Below are positions 10,899-21,039 of a stretch of 64,000 nucleotides of DNA, one piece after another. The stretch's first letter is position 1; every line of letters begins with the position of its first letter. The translations under genes were made by a program, and so were the position numbers. This stretch comes from a virus (lineage: Duplodnaviria; Caudoviricetes): IMG/VR virus record IMGVR_UViG_3300036770_003093, positions 32,001-96,000 of that record, one strand, 5' to 3'. Under the pieces are notes generated by a model, which saw nothing but the letters and a program-made list of their open reading frames with translations, did not search any database and was not told the origin of the DNA.

Positions 10899-11789
10899 TT
10901 AGCAAGGATCTCCTACAGTTACTGTACCACCTACAATATACCAAGAGTTATTGCTTGCACATACAGCCAGGGTACCTAATGGAGCAATAGCTGTTGGGCC
11001 AATAAACTCTCCACTGCAATCTACATAGTAAGCATTTGCACCACCACCGCCGGCAGTAAAGGTGATGTTGCGACAATCGTAGCAGCAACCACCAGGTGTA
11101 ATTACAATACCACTTGGTACAGGAATAATGGTTAAGTCATTTACTGAGCAAACAGAAACAGTTTCATTGACATCAATTGATGGGAATGCCTCTGTTGAAC
11201 CATCACAATCTGTAATGTTAAAGGTTGCACAAGGTGTAAGTGTTGCATCAGCAGTAGCAGTTACTCCTGGTACAGGAGGAGGATCAATAACTACACTAGG
11301 TGTACTAGTATAACCAGTTCCTGGCGCTACTAAGTTTACTGCAGCAATAGTATTTCCACCACCTACTACAGCATTAGCAGTAGCACCTAAACCACCTCCA
11401 CCAGTAATTGTTACTGTAGGCGGATTTAATGGATCATAGTTGGTACCAGCATTTGTTACAGTAAATGTCATTACTGTATACTGACACTCGATATCATAAC
11501 CATCACATGTAGGTACAGGGGTGAATGTTACTGAAAAAGGTACACGTTTGTTTAATGATACCTCTGATTCACAAGTTGGTTGTACGTATCCCTCAAAGGT
11601 TACTGCGTCACATGTCTCGTTATCAACAGTAGTAATAATGTTTGCATTACAAGATGCTCCTCCACCGGTACATGTTACAACAGTTGTACAATCATAAGGT
11701 GAAGAAGGACTGGTTCTCCAACATACGCGATGATTTCCTGCGTAGTTAGAATTAAAGGTTACCGTAATTGTTGCTGGTATTGGTGCCAT
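10899..11789 (-). CDS. Cys/Thr/Gly-rich virion fibre or decoration protein
   Basis: Beta-rich; VTITGGGG-GATA...PGTGYTSTPSV motif typical of phage structural insert domains; many Cys. Confidence 0.55.
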   Translation of the reverse strand: MAPIPATITVTFNSNYAGNHRVCWRTSPSSPYDCTTVVTCTGGGASCNANIITTVDNETCDAVTFEGYVQPTCESEVSLNKRVPFSVTFTPVPTCDGYDIECQYTVMTFTVTNAGTNYDPLNPPTVTITGGGGLGATANAVVGGGNTIAAVNLVAPGTGYTSTPSVVIDPPPVPGVTATADATLTPCATFNITDCDGSTEAFPSIDVNETVSVCSVNDLTIIPVPSGIVITPGGCCYDCRNITFTAGGGGANAYYVDCSGEFIGPTAIAPLGTLAVCASNNSWYIVGGTVTVGDPC

Positions 11790-11792
11790 GAA

Positions 11793-12335
11793 TTATGAGT
11801 TTAATGTTCTTACTCTAATAGTTACTGAATTACAAGGGCCGCCACTAGCACATGCTGTAACAACACGAATGTAATATTCTGTGTTAGCAGTTAGACCAAT
11901 GAGTGTGTCTGTTAATAAGGTAGTCGCCACATTAGGTTGTGTAAATGGTCCTAACAAACTAGTAGCGACAGATAATTGATAATTTACTGCAGTAGGATTA
12001 CTTGTCCAGCTAACAGTAATAGCACTAGATGTTACATTACTTACAGATAAACCAGTAGTTGCTAGACATGTACCTGTTGGATCAATACAACCATCAATTT
12101 GATTAAGGATGTATTTTTCCATAATGTTACAGAGAGTGTCTCCTGTTTCAATAATAAATGGGTCAAGATCTACAATAGTGGGCCCGTTATAAACGACACA
12201 ACACATATTATAAAACTCTGAACAAATCTCAGGAGTAGGACAACCCACACCGCTTGGACAAGCAGGTGGGGTTGTCATGTAAGAATCACAAGTACATTTA
12301 GTCTTGCTGCAGTTACAATTGTTGCAGGTGCTCAT
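11793..12335 (-). CDS. Cys-rich virion protein with a C-terminal fibronectin type III domain
   Basis: GLSVSNVTSSAITVSW...LIGLTANTEYYIRVVTAC is an FN3 signature. Confidence 0.7.
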   Translation of the reverse strand: MSTCNNCNCSKTKCTCDSYMTTPPACPSGVGCPTPEICSEFYNMCCVVYNGPTIVDLDPFIIETGDTLCNIMEKYILNQIDGCIDPTGTCLATTGLSVSNVTSSAITVSWTSNPTAVNYQLSVATSLLGPFTQPNVATTLLTDTLIGLTANTEYYIRVVTACASGGPCNSVTIRVRTLNS

Positions 12336-12336
12336 T

Positions 12337-13833
12337 TTAGTATGTTAAGTTAGCTATTACTGAATCTGGAGCTTCACAAAGATCTGACAAAGTACTGGTT
12401 ATGTTATAAGAACATTCTTGTTCTTCAGAACCAACAACTATGCGCAGACGCACGCGATATGTGGTAGAACTTGTCAATCCACTAAATGTACCACTATAAG
12501 CAGCAGGAGCAGCTCCAGCAACTTGTACATATGTAGTAATCAAAGAGCCTGGTGAACCACCATCCCATAACTCAACATTGTAGGTAGCTACACCACCAGG
12601 GTGGTTAAAGCTCCATGCAATAGTAGTTGCTGTAGGAGTAAGTGTTACCACAGGACAAGGAATAGTATTATTCACAGTATCATTGAGCACTTGGAAACAA
12701 GTTTGACCAATAGATGTATTAGTAAAACATGTTGTAGCACTAATCGTAAAATCCAACAAAGGATTCAACGGTGTACTAGCTATTGATATTCCATAGTAAG
12801 TGCTATTGATAAGTGAAGGAATACTAACAATGGCATTGTAGAGATTTCCTGCTGTATCCAAAATTGTAAATGTGGTTGAACCAGAACACTCAACAAAACC
12901 TGCAGGAATAGTGCCGGTAAAGTATAAGCGAAGTTCTCCACTTACAACCAGAGCTTGAAGAACAATATCTAAATCTTCACAACCATTTGGACAACAGTTT
13001 GCTTGAATATTTTGTACTGCAGCACGCAAATCACATATGGTTAACCACATGTTTGTCACTGAGTCAGATAAGTTTGTTACAGTATTAACCCATCCAGGAA
13101 GAGATGACATATTACCTAAACCTGGTGCAAGTGCTGGGCTATTGTTTAGATTAGGACACTGATTAGCAATTGCTGAAAAAATATCAGCTGGTAAACCAGT
13201 AGAAGTTCTTAATTGACAAAACTGAGTTTCAAGAGCTTCTAAAATAATGTCAATTGTTGTAGGTACTGGTGGTGTAATTACACAATCAGGAGTAAAGCTT
13301 GGTAGTGTAAATGTGGGCGCCGGTGCATTTTCTAATGCTGTAACCCGAATATTTAACTGAGATATTGCTAACTGTATCTGAGTAATATCACTTACAATAT
13401 CACACAACCTGTTACCAATTAGATTTACGTAATCTGTTAGTGACAAAAAGCGAACTTGATCACCAAGGTTATTCGTGTAATAGAAGCATTCTGCAATTGG
13501 TACAACACAGTTATCTGGACAACCACCACCAGTGCTAGAAATACCAGGGACAGAATTTCCCTGTAATTCACAAATCTTCTGGATCAGAATATTGATAAGA
13601 TCCTTGAAGTTTTCTGGCGTAGGACAACCTAAATTTAAACATGTAAGATCATAATGTTGAAGATCAAACATGTCAATAAGTTTGCACAATTCTGTAGCTA
13701 ACTTATAAACTACATCAGTAATAGTATCTCCACTGCATAGATTAATGCATGGAATATCTGGGCCCTGCCACACTACACAGTTTGATGAAACCGGTGTGCA
13801 TCCGCCATTCTTATTTTTATTTACTGGTACCAT
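12337..13833 (-). CDS. Cys-rich fibre protein with coiled coil and FN3 domain
   Basis: Likely start MVPVNKN at 13833, directly after a TATATTA motif. SSNCVVWQGPDIPC N-terminus, heptad segment, FSGLTSSTTYRVRL FN3 motif. Confidence 0.65.
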   Translation of the reverse strand: MVPVNKNKNGGCTPVSSNCVVWQGPDIPCINLCSGDTITDVVYKLATELCKLIDMFDLQHYDLTCLNLGCPTPENFKDLINILIQKICELQGNSVPGISSTGGGCPDNCVVPIAECFYYTNNLGDQVRFLSLTDYVNLIGNRLCDIVSDITQIQLAISQLNIRVTALENAPAPTFTLPSFTPDCVITPPVPTTIDIILEALETQFCQLRTSTGLPADIFSAIANQCPNLNNSPALAPGLGNMSSLPGWVNTVTNLSDSVTNMWLTICDLRAAVQNIQANCCPNGCEDLDIVLQALVVSGELRLYFTGTIPAGFVECSGSTTFTILDTAGNLYNAIVSIPSLINSTYYGISIASTPLNPLLDFTISATTCFTNTSIGQTCFQVLNDTVNNTIPCPVVTLTPTATTIAWSFNHPGGVATYNVELWDGGSPGSLITTYVQVAGAAPAAYSGTFSGLTSSTTYRVRLRIVVGSEEQECSYNITSTLSDLCEAPDSVIANLTY

Positions 13834-13862
13834 GTTATTTAATATACAATTTTTTGGGTTAT

Positions 13863-15560
13863 TTAGCAACTTGAACAACCTATACAACCAGATGTACAGT
13901 CAGATGTACAATTAGATGTACAACCACACTGACTGCTTACGCTAGTACAATTTTGAGGACCTGTTAGTTGCAACATTAGAAGTTTTTCTCTTTCTAGATA
14001 TGTTTCAAGCAGATCATACTCACAACATACAGTTATCCCATATCTCTTGGATAACATGTCTGAATAATATGCTTCAACAAATGCACAGTTTACAAGAATT
14101 TCTTTCTCCTCTGTACATGCTTTAGGAATATATCCAGGTTCAACATAAAACTTGGTTTTCTTTACAGGTTTAGGTAAACATAAATCACAGCGACTAAAGG
14201 ACGCAGTTTTTACAGTTGCTTGAATACAATCGCAACCTTCTTCACTACCTGCAGATACAGTCCAGCATTTTGGAGAACCTTGTATCTGAATTACATTACC
14301 AATTTCATTAGTAAGATCTTCATTAGAATAGATAATATCTGTAGGATCCTCACAGTTTGTTAGAATAAAACATGGTATTCTACAAACATCACAATCAGCA
14401 ATAATCTCATAAATAAAAGGTGATGGTGTAATAATAACCTCATCACAAGAACCATCAATAATTGTGTAGCAACCTTTTATACTCTCAGGTTGAGATATAT
14501 AAATAGTTGTACCAATCATGTTATTTAAATCAACACTAATGCTAATCTGTGAACCATCAGCACATGATTGTAATACGGTACATGTTGATGCTGCTGTATC
14601 TTCACTCCAAACAGCTCGTGGTAGATAATAAACATTATCAGATACTGAAACATTCAGCATTTCATCTGTAGTAGAATACACTGGACCACCACTACCTGCG
14701 CCACTTCCTGTTACATATCCATCAGTGGCAGTATACATATGAGCACCATGATGAAAATCCGCACCTGGTGTAGGACCACTTAAAACTATCCAGTTAGCAC
14801 CAGCATCAATAGTTTGCAGTCTAAGTTCTGAGTTACCGGTTGCCCATAATAAATTATCACTTCTCCATGTTAAGTGTAAAAGATTAGAACGTAGCTCAGG
14901 CGTGTATACAACAGTAAAAAGACCACCAGCATTTGTGCTTCTCCAAATATTATTATTGGTAACAGCAATAATTGTTTGTTGATCTTGGCTGATATGTATA
15001 CCAACAATAGGATCATTAATTGTTCCAATTGATCCTGGTAATGCACCCCAGTTAGAACCAGCATCTAAAGTGTAATATACCTCACCATTTACACCACCAA
15101 CAACGCCTATATTACTAGTGATAAAATGTACTGAATATAGATCAACCGGATTAGATGAATTATCTAATACTTGTCCAACTAAATTAAATGAATTAGCTTG
15201 ATTGTTAGAATAGGCAACTCTTCCTTGATCACCAACAACAACAACGTTGTTAGCATCAATATACCATACTTCACGCCAGGTAAATGCATTAGTCCACACA
15301 CTTTGGTAATTACCAGAAGGTGAAGCCCACAATACACCAGCATTGTTAGAAACAATAATACCTTTACTATTAGAAGGTACAGAACCTGTCATACCAACAG
15401 CAACTACTGAATCAGCAGATCCTGGTTTTGCCATGATATCCAATATGGAATCCATGCGCAAATTGGGAAAAAGATTAGATGTTAAATCAACCCATGGTGT
15501 GGTATGATTATCTAATCTTTTTACAAGACTATTGTCTCCAACTACATATGTTTTAAACAT
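13863..15560 (-). CDS. Beta-propeller (BNR/Asp-box, YCF48-like) protein with Cys-rich C-terminus, probably a virion/receptor-binding protein
   Basis: Repeated S/T-x-D/N-x-G-x-x-W/F boxes (SNNAGVLW, TLDAGSNW, STNAGGLF, TIDAGANW). Confidence 0.7.
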   Translation of the reverse strand: MFKTYVVGDNSLVKRLDNHTTPWVDLTSNLFPNLRMDSILDIMAKPGSADSVVAVGMTGSVPSNSKGIIVSNNAGVLWASPSGNYQSVWTNAFTWREVWYIDANNVVVVGDQGRVAYSNNQANSFNLVGQVLDNSSNPVDLYSVHFITSNIGVVGGVNGEVYYTLDAGSNWGALPGSIGTINDPIVGIHISQDQQTIIAVTNNNIWRSTNAGGLFTVVYTPELRSNLLHLTWRSDNLLWATGNSELRLQTIDAGANWIVLSGPTPGADFHHGAHMYTATDGYVTGSGAGSGGPVYSTTDEMLNVSVSDNVYYLPRAVWSEDTAASTCTVLQSCADGSQISISVDLNNMIGTTIYISQPESIKGCYTIIDGSCDEVIITPSPFIYEIIADCDVCRIPCFILTNCEDPTDIIYSNEDLTNEIGNVIQIQGSPKCWTVSAGSEEGCDCIQATVKTASFSRCDLCLPKPVKKTKFYVEPGYIPKACTEEKEILVNCAFVEAYYSDMLSKRYGITVCCEYDLLETYLEREKLLMLQLTGPQNCTSVSSQCGCTSNCTSDCTSGCIGCSSC

Positions 15561-15762
15561 CGCTTAATCTTACACTTACTTTTTGAATAACAGGTGCATC
15601 AGATTTTGTAGGATTTGGTTGTACAAGTTTGTTTCTGTTTGTAAGAGACAGATCGTACTCATACTTCGCCGCGCAGTTTACACAAACTGAGCGTCCATCA
15701 GTAGCTGTTTTACGTTGACAACCACACCCTAGTTTACTTTTGCAATTTGAACATTGTGCCAT
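15553..15762 (-). CDS. Small Cys-rich (possible metal-binding) protein
   Basis: CSNC-GCGC-CVNC; overlaps the next gene. Confidence 0.55.
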   Translation of the reverse strand: MAQCSNCKSKLGCGCQRKTATDGRSVCVNCAAKYEYDLSLTNRNKLVQPNPTKSDAPVIQKVSVRLSDV

Positions 15763-15781
15763 ATTTGTTGGTTTTAAATAG

Positions 15782-16324
15782 TTAGCAGGTTACACAATTA
15801 ATTTTATCAAGAAGTTTTACAGCATAGTTGTAAATATCCATACCTTTTGTTGGCTCGTGGCAGTATTCAACTGCAGCTTTAGCCGCATCTAATAGTGTAC
15901 GAATATATTGCAACTGACGCAGTTTATCTTTAACCTTAGCTGTAGGATCACAGTTTGCAAGGTTTAAAGCGCACAAAGCTTTCTCATATTTTTTGAGGGC
16001 TGCTGTTATACGCAGATGATTGTACTCTACATACAACTGATCAGATGGAGATAGACTATACTTAATAATCCATATTCCATCTGGTAAGTCTGTATATGTG
16101 GTACCACAACCACTAGTTTGTGTTCCTAAATCACAGGCCGTAATATTTAGATTAAAGTTTTCTGTTACACTTAACTCTTTAGAAAAAGAATATCCTGGCA
16201 ATGTTATATGCAGTGTAGGACAAGTGATAGGTAAACCTGTAGCATAAACGCTAGTATCTACCACTTTAAGAACACAACCAGTCATTATGGTTGGTACATC
16301 AAGACTTAAAACGTGATTTGCCAT
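15782..16324 (-). CDS. Putative structural protein
   Basis: 180 aa inside the virion module; LPDGIWIIKYS motif. Confidence 0.5.
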   Translation of the reverse strand: MANHVLSLDVPTIMTGCVLKVVDTSVYATGLPITCPTLHITLPGYSFSKELSVTENFNLNITACDLGTQTSGCGTTYTDLPDGIWIIKYSLSPSDQLYVEYNHLRITAALKKYEKALCALNLANCDPTAKVKDKLRQLQYIRTLLDAAKAAVEYCHEPTKGMDIYNYAVKLLDKINCVTC

Positions 16325-16341
16325 ATGCTAAGATATATAAG

Positions 16342-16378
16342 AAAAGGGAGAGGAGAGATAAACTCTCACTCTCCCTTT
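16342..16378 (-). terminator. Intrinsic terminator
   Basis: AAGGGAGAG...CTCTCCCTT stem with TTTTC tail on the minus strand. Confidence 0.7.
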
Positions 16379-16399
16379 AACTTAAGATTTCAGAAATGA

Positions 16400-18028
16400 T
16401 TAGGGTATGTCAATCAAAGATGTTTCACAAGGAGTGCAAGATACCACCTCTAATTCTGGACACTGAGCGCAAGCAGTAAGCCATGCGTTAACCGTTTGTT
16501 CAAAACTAGTAGAGCGTGCATTTGCAACAATCTCCAACATGTACCGGTCATTATCAAACACTCCAGTAGGATTGTTGAAACGTGGTACACTGTGCAACAA
16601 GTAGTAACGATAGTAACGAGTGCTACGGTTAATTACATTGAACACGTTATCACCTTGAGTGATTTCCCGGATACGAATATCGGTTGCAAAGAAGTTTTGA
16701 CGATAGCTCTCAGAAAGAATCAAGTCACGCAAAACAGTCTCACCAAATCCGTTACCTTGTAGACCAAGACACTCAGTGCGGTTTACGCAGATGCCTTCAA
16801 ACTTACAAGGATCTCCAGTGTAATCTACCATAGAAGCATAGATCTGAATTGGCTCAACTTCATAGAAGTCAGATACTTGGAAAGAGCAGTTACCAAAAGT
16901 GGTATCTACATATGCACCAAACAATACCAAACCAGCACACTCACCAGAAGTATGACCAGGAGATACATAATTATCCCAAGTTCCATATACCACACCTGCA
17001 GGAGCAGGAGTTAATGCAGAAGTATTTGTTCCAGGAGGATACAACCAGTAAGTGCTACCACTTACAGTTTCAGAAATTACTACAGGGTAGATAAAATCTG
17101 CAAGGTAAGGTACGTTACGAGTAGTGTCCATGATTTGAGAGGCCCAGCCAATCATAACCAAGGTAGAATCTACAGGAGTAGGTGCCAATACACCAGGAGC
17201 GCAGCAACCAGTATAGTGATCCAAAGTGTTATACACTTGGTGGTTCAAGAAACGTAGTGCAGGAGAACCTTTGATGTCAAGACGCAAGTAGTAGGTCTCG
17301 TCACAAAGGAATTCAAAGCAACACTCACCATCTACACTGCTTCCATTTACTGCAGTTATAGTAATTGTAGCATCACCACTGTCACCAACAACTGTTACAA
17401 CATCACCAACTTTGTATCCATATCCAGGATTAACAATTGAAAAAGTTGCAATTGGATCAGGAGAAGGACCAGTTAAGGTTAAAACATTAATGGTCAAACC
17501 ATTACCGCTACCACCACTAGTAGTTTTTACACCAACTGTGTAGTTAGTACCAGGAGTAGTTAATGAAGCAGAAGTAACTGCAGTGTTGAACGGAGTTTTA
17601 CCAATGTTCACAATTGCTTGTTGAGGAACACAAGGCTCAACAACATAGAAATTTTGAACATATTTAGGATTGATCTCTTTAGACTTGTTGGTCTCTTGGT
17701 ATCCACCATGAAATTTACCAATCTTGTCATTTTCATAAAAAGATGAACCAGCAAGGATCAAAGGGCAACATGCACTAGCACCGCTCCATGAAGTATCAGT
17801 TCCTACAGATGCATAAGTATCTTTGTAAAAAAGACCATAAGCAGGAGTTGCTTTAGGATTGGTAGGAGCAATACTACGACCAGTAACAAATGCACCATTA
17901 AGGTTTACCATAGGCATACCTACACTGGTAACATAACCTTGATCCAAGCCTGCCGCCGTTGGCGACTCAACTTGATTTCCAGCAGTTCCTACGAACACTT
18001 TCTGGAAAGAATGATTAAAATAAGCCAT
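16400..18028 (-). CDS. Major structural protein (putative auxiliary capsid protein) with an inserted beta domain
   Basis: 542 aa with its own upstream motif and terminator, suggesting high expression; located downstream of the MCP as in crAss-like phages. Confidence 0.5.
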   Translation of the reverse strand: MAYFNHSFQKVFVGTAGNQVESPTAAGLDQGYVTSVGMPMVNLNGAFVTGRSIAPTNPKATPAYGLFYKDTYASVGTDTSWSGASACCPLILAGSSFYENDKIGKFHGGYQETNKSKEINPKYVQNFYVVEPCVPQQAIVNIGKTPFNTAVTSASLTTPGTNYTVGVKTTSGGSGNGLTINVLTLTGPSPDPIATFSIVNPGYGYKVGDVVTVVGDSGDATITITAVNGSSVDGECCFEFLCDETYYLRLDIKGSPALRFLNHQVYNTLDHYTGCCAPGVLAPTPVDSTLVMIGWASQIMDTTRNVPYLADFIYPVVISETVSGSTYWLYPPGTNTSALTPAPAGVVYGTWDNYVSPGHTSGECAGLVLFGAYVDTTFGNCSFQVSDFYEVEPIQIYASMVDYTGDPCKFEGICVNRTECLGLQGNGFGETVLRDLILSESYRQNFFATDIRIREITQGDNVFNVINRSTRYYRYYLLHSVPRFNNPTGVFDNDRYMLEIVANARSTSFEQTVNAWLTACAQCPELEVVSCTPCETSLIDIP

Positions 18029-18091
18029 TGTTTTAGATTAAAAGGGTTATAAACATATTATAATATAAGAAAAAGTTTTTCAAATGCAAAA

Positions 18092-18589
18092 CTATGAAAG
18101 AAAAAGAAGTTTATATTTTGCAGCATTTATACTGTCTTTTACTGTATCTAAACTATTTACTATTTCAGAGTAAGGCATTTTAGCTTGCAGTTTTGTAATT
18201 ATTGCATACATATCTCTTAGATAATTTACAGCGTCTTGTAAATCATCTAGTTGTCTAGGGACAGATTCTGTATACTTTAATAGTTTTTCAGAAGCACCTT
18301 GATATCCTTCAATTAAAGAATCAGCATGATCTGGTAATGCATCATATAGATCATTAAGAGCTTTATGTGCAGCATATGAACCAGGTCCTGTAATCTTTAG
18401 ATGTAGTTTATGAAAGCTTGATGCTGCATTCATCATCTCTGTTGCACAGGCAGCAGTCATTGTGTCTAAGGAACTACCGCCCACACCTGTATCTGAAACA
18501 GGTTGTGGTTTTGCAGTTTCTTTATCTACAACTGGCCTGCTAATCTGTTTTGCAGGCTGCGGGTTGCGTTTTAGTAATCTAGTTTCCAT
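18092..18589 (-). CDS. Ferritin/Dps-like four-helix protein
   Basis: FHKLHLKITGPGSYAAHKALNDLYD...ADSLIEGYQG matches the Dps-type H-x-x-H...H...D-x-x-x-E pattern. Confidence 0.7.
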   Translation of the reverse strand: METRLLKRNPQPAKQISRPVVDKETAKPQPVSDTGVGGSSLDTMTAACATEMMNAASSFHKLHLKITGPGSYAAHKALNDLYDALPDHADSLIEGYQGASEKLLKYTESVPRQLDDLQDAVNYLRDMYAIITKLQAKMPYSEIVNSLDTVKDSINAAKYKLLFLS

Positions 18590-19287
18590 TAGTTATTTTG
18601 TTCTACGCGTTGTTGTTCTCGCTGGTACTGAGTAAAGATCTCCATATCACCAGCAAGAATTGATGCTGCTTCGTCAATCATGACTTCTACAACATCATCT
18701 TTAAATTCACTTGTTACATCAGTTGTAGATGTGATTCCTGTATAAGGATCTACACAACCGGTAATCTGAATACGCCGAGGTTGGCGGTAATAGATAAAGT
18801 CTCCTTTTGTAACTTCAAACTCTTCGTTGGTATAAACAAAAAGTTTGCCGTCACGCAATGTAGCTACTGTCTCACCCCACTCAAAACTTGGACGTTTGTT
18901 TGTATCCTTTAGAATAATATCTAGGTTACCTTCTTCAACAAGATACACTACCATTCTCTTAGTGGGACAACATTCATTTTTAGCATGTACAGTTATTCTC
19001 TTCCATTGAAAATAATCAGCAGGTATTAGACCAAAACTGTAGTTTTCTTTGTCAGTAAGAATAAGGTTTGCTGAGGTTAAAAGAATTTGAAGGTCATCAA
19101 TGCGTCGATTGCTTTGCTCATCACCTTCTTTAAATTGGTTAAAACCATGAAGTTGACGGCGGCACCATTCGACTTGCGCTTTATTAAAAGCCTCAACAAT
19201 ATGCCAACACTCAAGATTATCATAATCCTGGCTATCAAGTTTGTTAAGCCGTTGTTTAATCTTTAAGGTAATTGTACTATTTAGCAT
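18589..19287 (-). CDS. crAss-like head-tail adaptor/ring protein
   Basis: KQRLNKLDSQDY...FNKAQ N-terminus and YYRQP motif; synteny. Confidence 0.6.
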   Translation of the reverse strand: MLNSTITLKIKQRLNKLDSQDYDNLECWHIVEAFNKAQVEWCRRQLHGFNQFKEGDEQSNRRIDDLQILLTSANLILTDKENYSFGLIPADYFQWKRITVHAKNECCPTKRMVVYLVEEGNLDIILKDTNKRPSFEWGETVATLRDGKLFVYTNEEFEVTKGDFIYYRQPRRIQITGCVDPYTGITSTTDVTSEFKDDVVEVMIDEAASILAGDMEIFTQYQREQQRVEQNN

Positions 19288-19293
19288 GTCTTT

Positions 19294-19740
19294 TTACTTT
19301 TTACGTGCATTCTTTTTTGCACCAGCAATTCTATCAGCAGCTGTAGGTTTATTGTATGGGGGAGCTAGAGCAGCAAACTTAGCAGCTTTAGTAGAACCTC
19401 CTACTTTCATTTTAACACCACCTTTTTTTGCTTTATTGGGTATTGTATCCTTTACAAAATATTTTTCAGGATACATCAACATATTTGTATTTCTTCTTAC
19501 ATCAGAAGGATAATTTTTCATATACTCCTGAAAATTTAAACTCTCCTCAAGCTTTCTAGCATCTTCTTTAGCTTTTTGAAAGTCAAAAGCATTAATGTCT
19601 TTATTATCTACTGGACCTGCGGCCTGATATTTTTTTAATGACTTTTTATATGCAGACATAGCACCACCAGCTTTTTTATAAGCCATAGCTTTATTATCAT
19701 TAAAAACTTTAAGTGGATTGGGTTTATTAGTCTTTTTCAT
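19294..19740 (-). CDS. Small Lys-rich protein with xxGG motifs
   Basis: YKKAGG, KKYQAAG, KAKKGG, MKVGG. Confidence 0.65.
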   Translation of the reverse strand: MKKTNKPNPLKVFNDNKAMAYKKAGGAMSAYKKSLKKYQAAGPVDNKDINAFDFQKAKEDARKLEESLNFQEYMKNYPSDVRRNTNMLMYPEKYFVKDTIPNKAKKGGVKMKVGGSTKAAKFAALAPPYNKPTAADRIAGAKKNARKK

Positions 19741-19742
19741 TT

Positions 19743-20006
19743 TTATCCTCTTTTAATATTTTTCCTCATCTTACCAAGAGTCTTAGCAAGTCTAGCTCTT
19801 TGAGCAGTCTTACCGGTACCTTTAGCTTTTTCGTTTAACCATGATTTTTTAATAGTGCCTTCAGGAGTAATTGCACCAGCTGCTTTAGCTGTAGCACGCA
19901 ATGACCCAGGTTTTTTAATAGCACCTTTAATCCAGCTGCCGCCAGATTTCATTTTAGTAAGCTTAGTTGGTGTCATAGAGCCACCACCACACATCATGCA
20001 CTTCAT
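19743..20006 (-). CDS. Small basic protein
   Basis: MKSGGSWIKGAIKKPGSLR...RARLAKTL. Confidence 0.65.
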   Translation of the reverse strand: MKCMMCGGGSMTPTKLTKMKSGGSWIKGAIKKPGSLRATAKAAGAITPEGTIKKSWLNEKAKGTGKTAQRARLAKTLGKMRKNIKRG

Positions 20007-20008
20007 AA

Positions 20009-20341
20009 TTATTTTTTCTTAGTTTTAATAGCTCCCCCACGTTTTTTGATCGGTGTTATTGTAGATTCAGTAACACTTCTTCTTGAATTTTTGCGAGGAC
20101 TTACAGTTTTTAAATTCATTCTAATAGAATCATCTTTACTAAAAAGATCTATATTATCTGTTCTAGAGTAGCTTTTAGGTTTAGCACTATATTTTTCAAA
20201 TTTTTTTACATACTCCTTCTCTGATATAGGTTTAGATCTTGTAAAAAGATTGCTTTTCGTATAACGCTTACGTGAATCAGAATCTTGCTTTGCTCCACCA
20301 GCTTGTGCTTTTTTTAAAGGTTTTTTAGATACATTTTTCAT
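20009..20341 (-). CDS. Small Lys/Ser-rich protein
   Basis: LKKAQAGG and KKRGG motifs. Confidence 0.65.
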   Translation of the reverse strand: MKNVSKKPLKKAQAGGAKQDSDSRKRYTKSNLFTRSKPISEKEYVKKFEKYSAKPKSYSRTDNIDLFSKDDSIRMNLKTVSPRKNSRRSVTESTITPIKKRGGAIKTKKK

Positions 20342-20361
20342 GGTTATATAAAATTAAAAGG

Positions 20362-20643
20362 TTAACAATTCCATTTGCGCAAACTTTTATTAATCCTGCT
20401 ATTTGGATCTCTAGCTGTTTTAGCGCTTGTTAGTTTTTTCTTCATGCCCTCCATTCTTGAACAAAAGGATTTACGACGTTTGGCATCTTTGCTACCAGCT
20501 TTAAGCTCAGATGGTTTTTTGGTTACTGCAGTTTGTAACTTACTACCAGGATTTTCCCGGCGATAAGATGCTACACCTTTTTTGTTAAGACCCCCTTTGG
20601 GATCTTTACCCTCTTTACGTTGCCACGCAGCTGTCTTTGCCAT
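20362..20643 (-). CDS. Small basic conserved phage protein (DUF6321-like)
   Basis: WQRKEGKDPKGGLNKKG...RRKSFCSRM...SLRKWNC. Confidence 0.65.
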   Translation of the reverse strand: MAKTAAWQRKEGKDPKGGLNKKGVASYRRENPGSKLQTAVTKKPSELKAGSKDAKRRKSFCSRMEGMKKKLTSAKTARDPNSRINKSLRKWNC

Positions 20644-20813
20644 CAGTTTTCACTTTTTAATAATTCCATAGCTTTCAAAAACCCGGCTTCATAAGCTTCT
20701 TTTACTTCTTCATATCTTTCATACTTAGAAATATGATCGCCTGTTTCCATTTTATGTTTTGAGGAGGCATATTCATCTGCTAATCCCCAATAATTAATTT
20801 CTGTCTTTGCCAT
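20643..20813 (-). CDS. Hypothetical protein, 56 aa (not in ORF track)
   Basis: Hand translation MAKTEINYWGLADEY...AMELLKSEN; start and stop overlap both neighbours. Confidence 0.6.
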   Translation of the reverse strand: MAKTEINYWGLADEYASSKHKMETGDHISKYERYEEVKEAYEAGFLKAMELLKSEN

Positions 20814-21037
20814 TACTTTTTAAGTTTACGTACAGAAGTTCTCTGTGCAGGTTTAGATGCGTTATTTTGAACAATTGTAGACAATGCAGAAAGTTGCTGT
20901 TTAGCAAGATTCTGTACAGCTGACATACGAGATTTATCAGCCATGATTTCTTTAGCGCGTTGTAGAGTTGATAAGTCAGACTCAGTGCGCCACTTTTTTT
21001 CATCTACAGAAATAGAGATTGCTTTAGACTTAGCCAT
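20813..21037 (-). CDS. Small basic protein
   Basis: 74 aa, coupled to the downstream gene. Confidence 0.6.
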   Translation of the reverse strand: MAKSKAISISVDEKKWRTESDLSTLQRAKEIMADKSRMSAVQNLAKQQLSALSTIVQNNASKPAQRTSVRKLKK

Positions 21038-21039
21038 AA

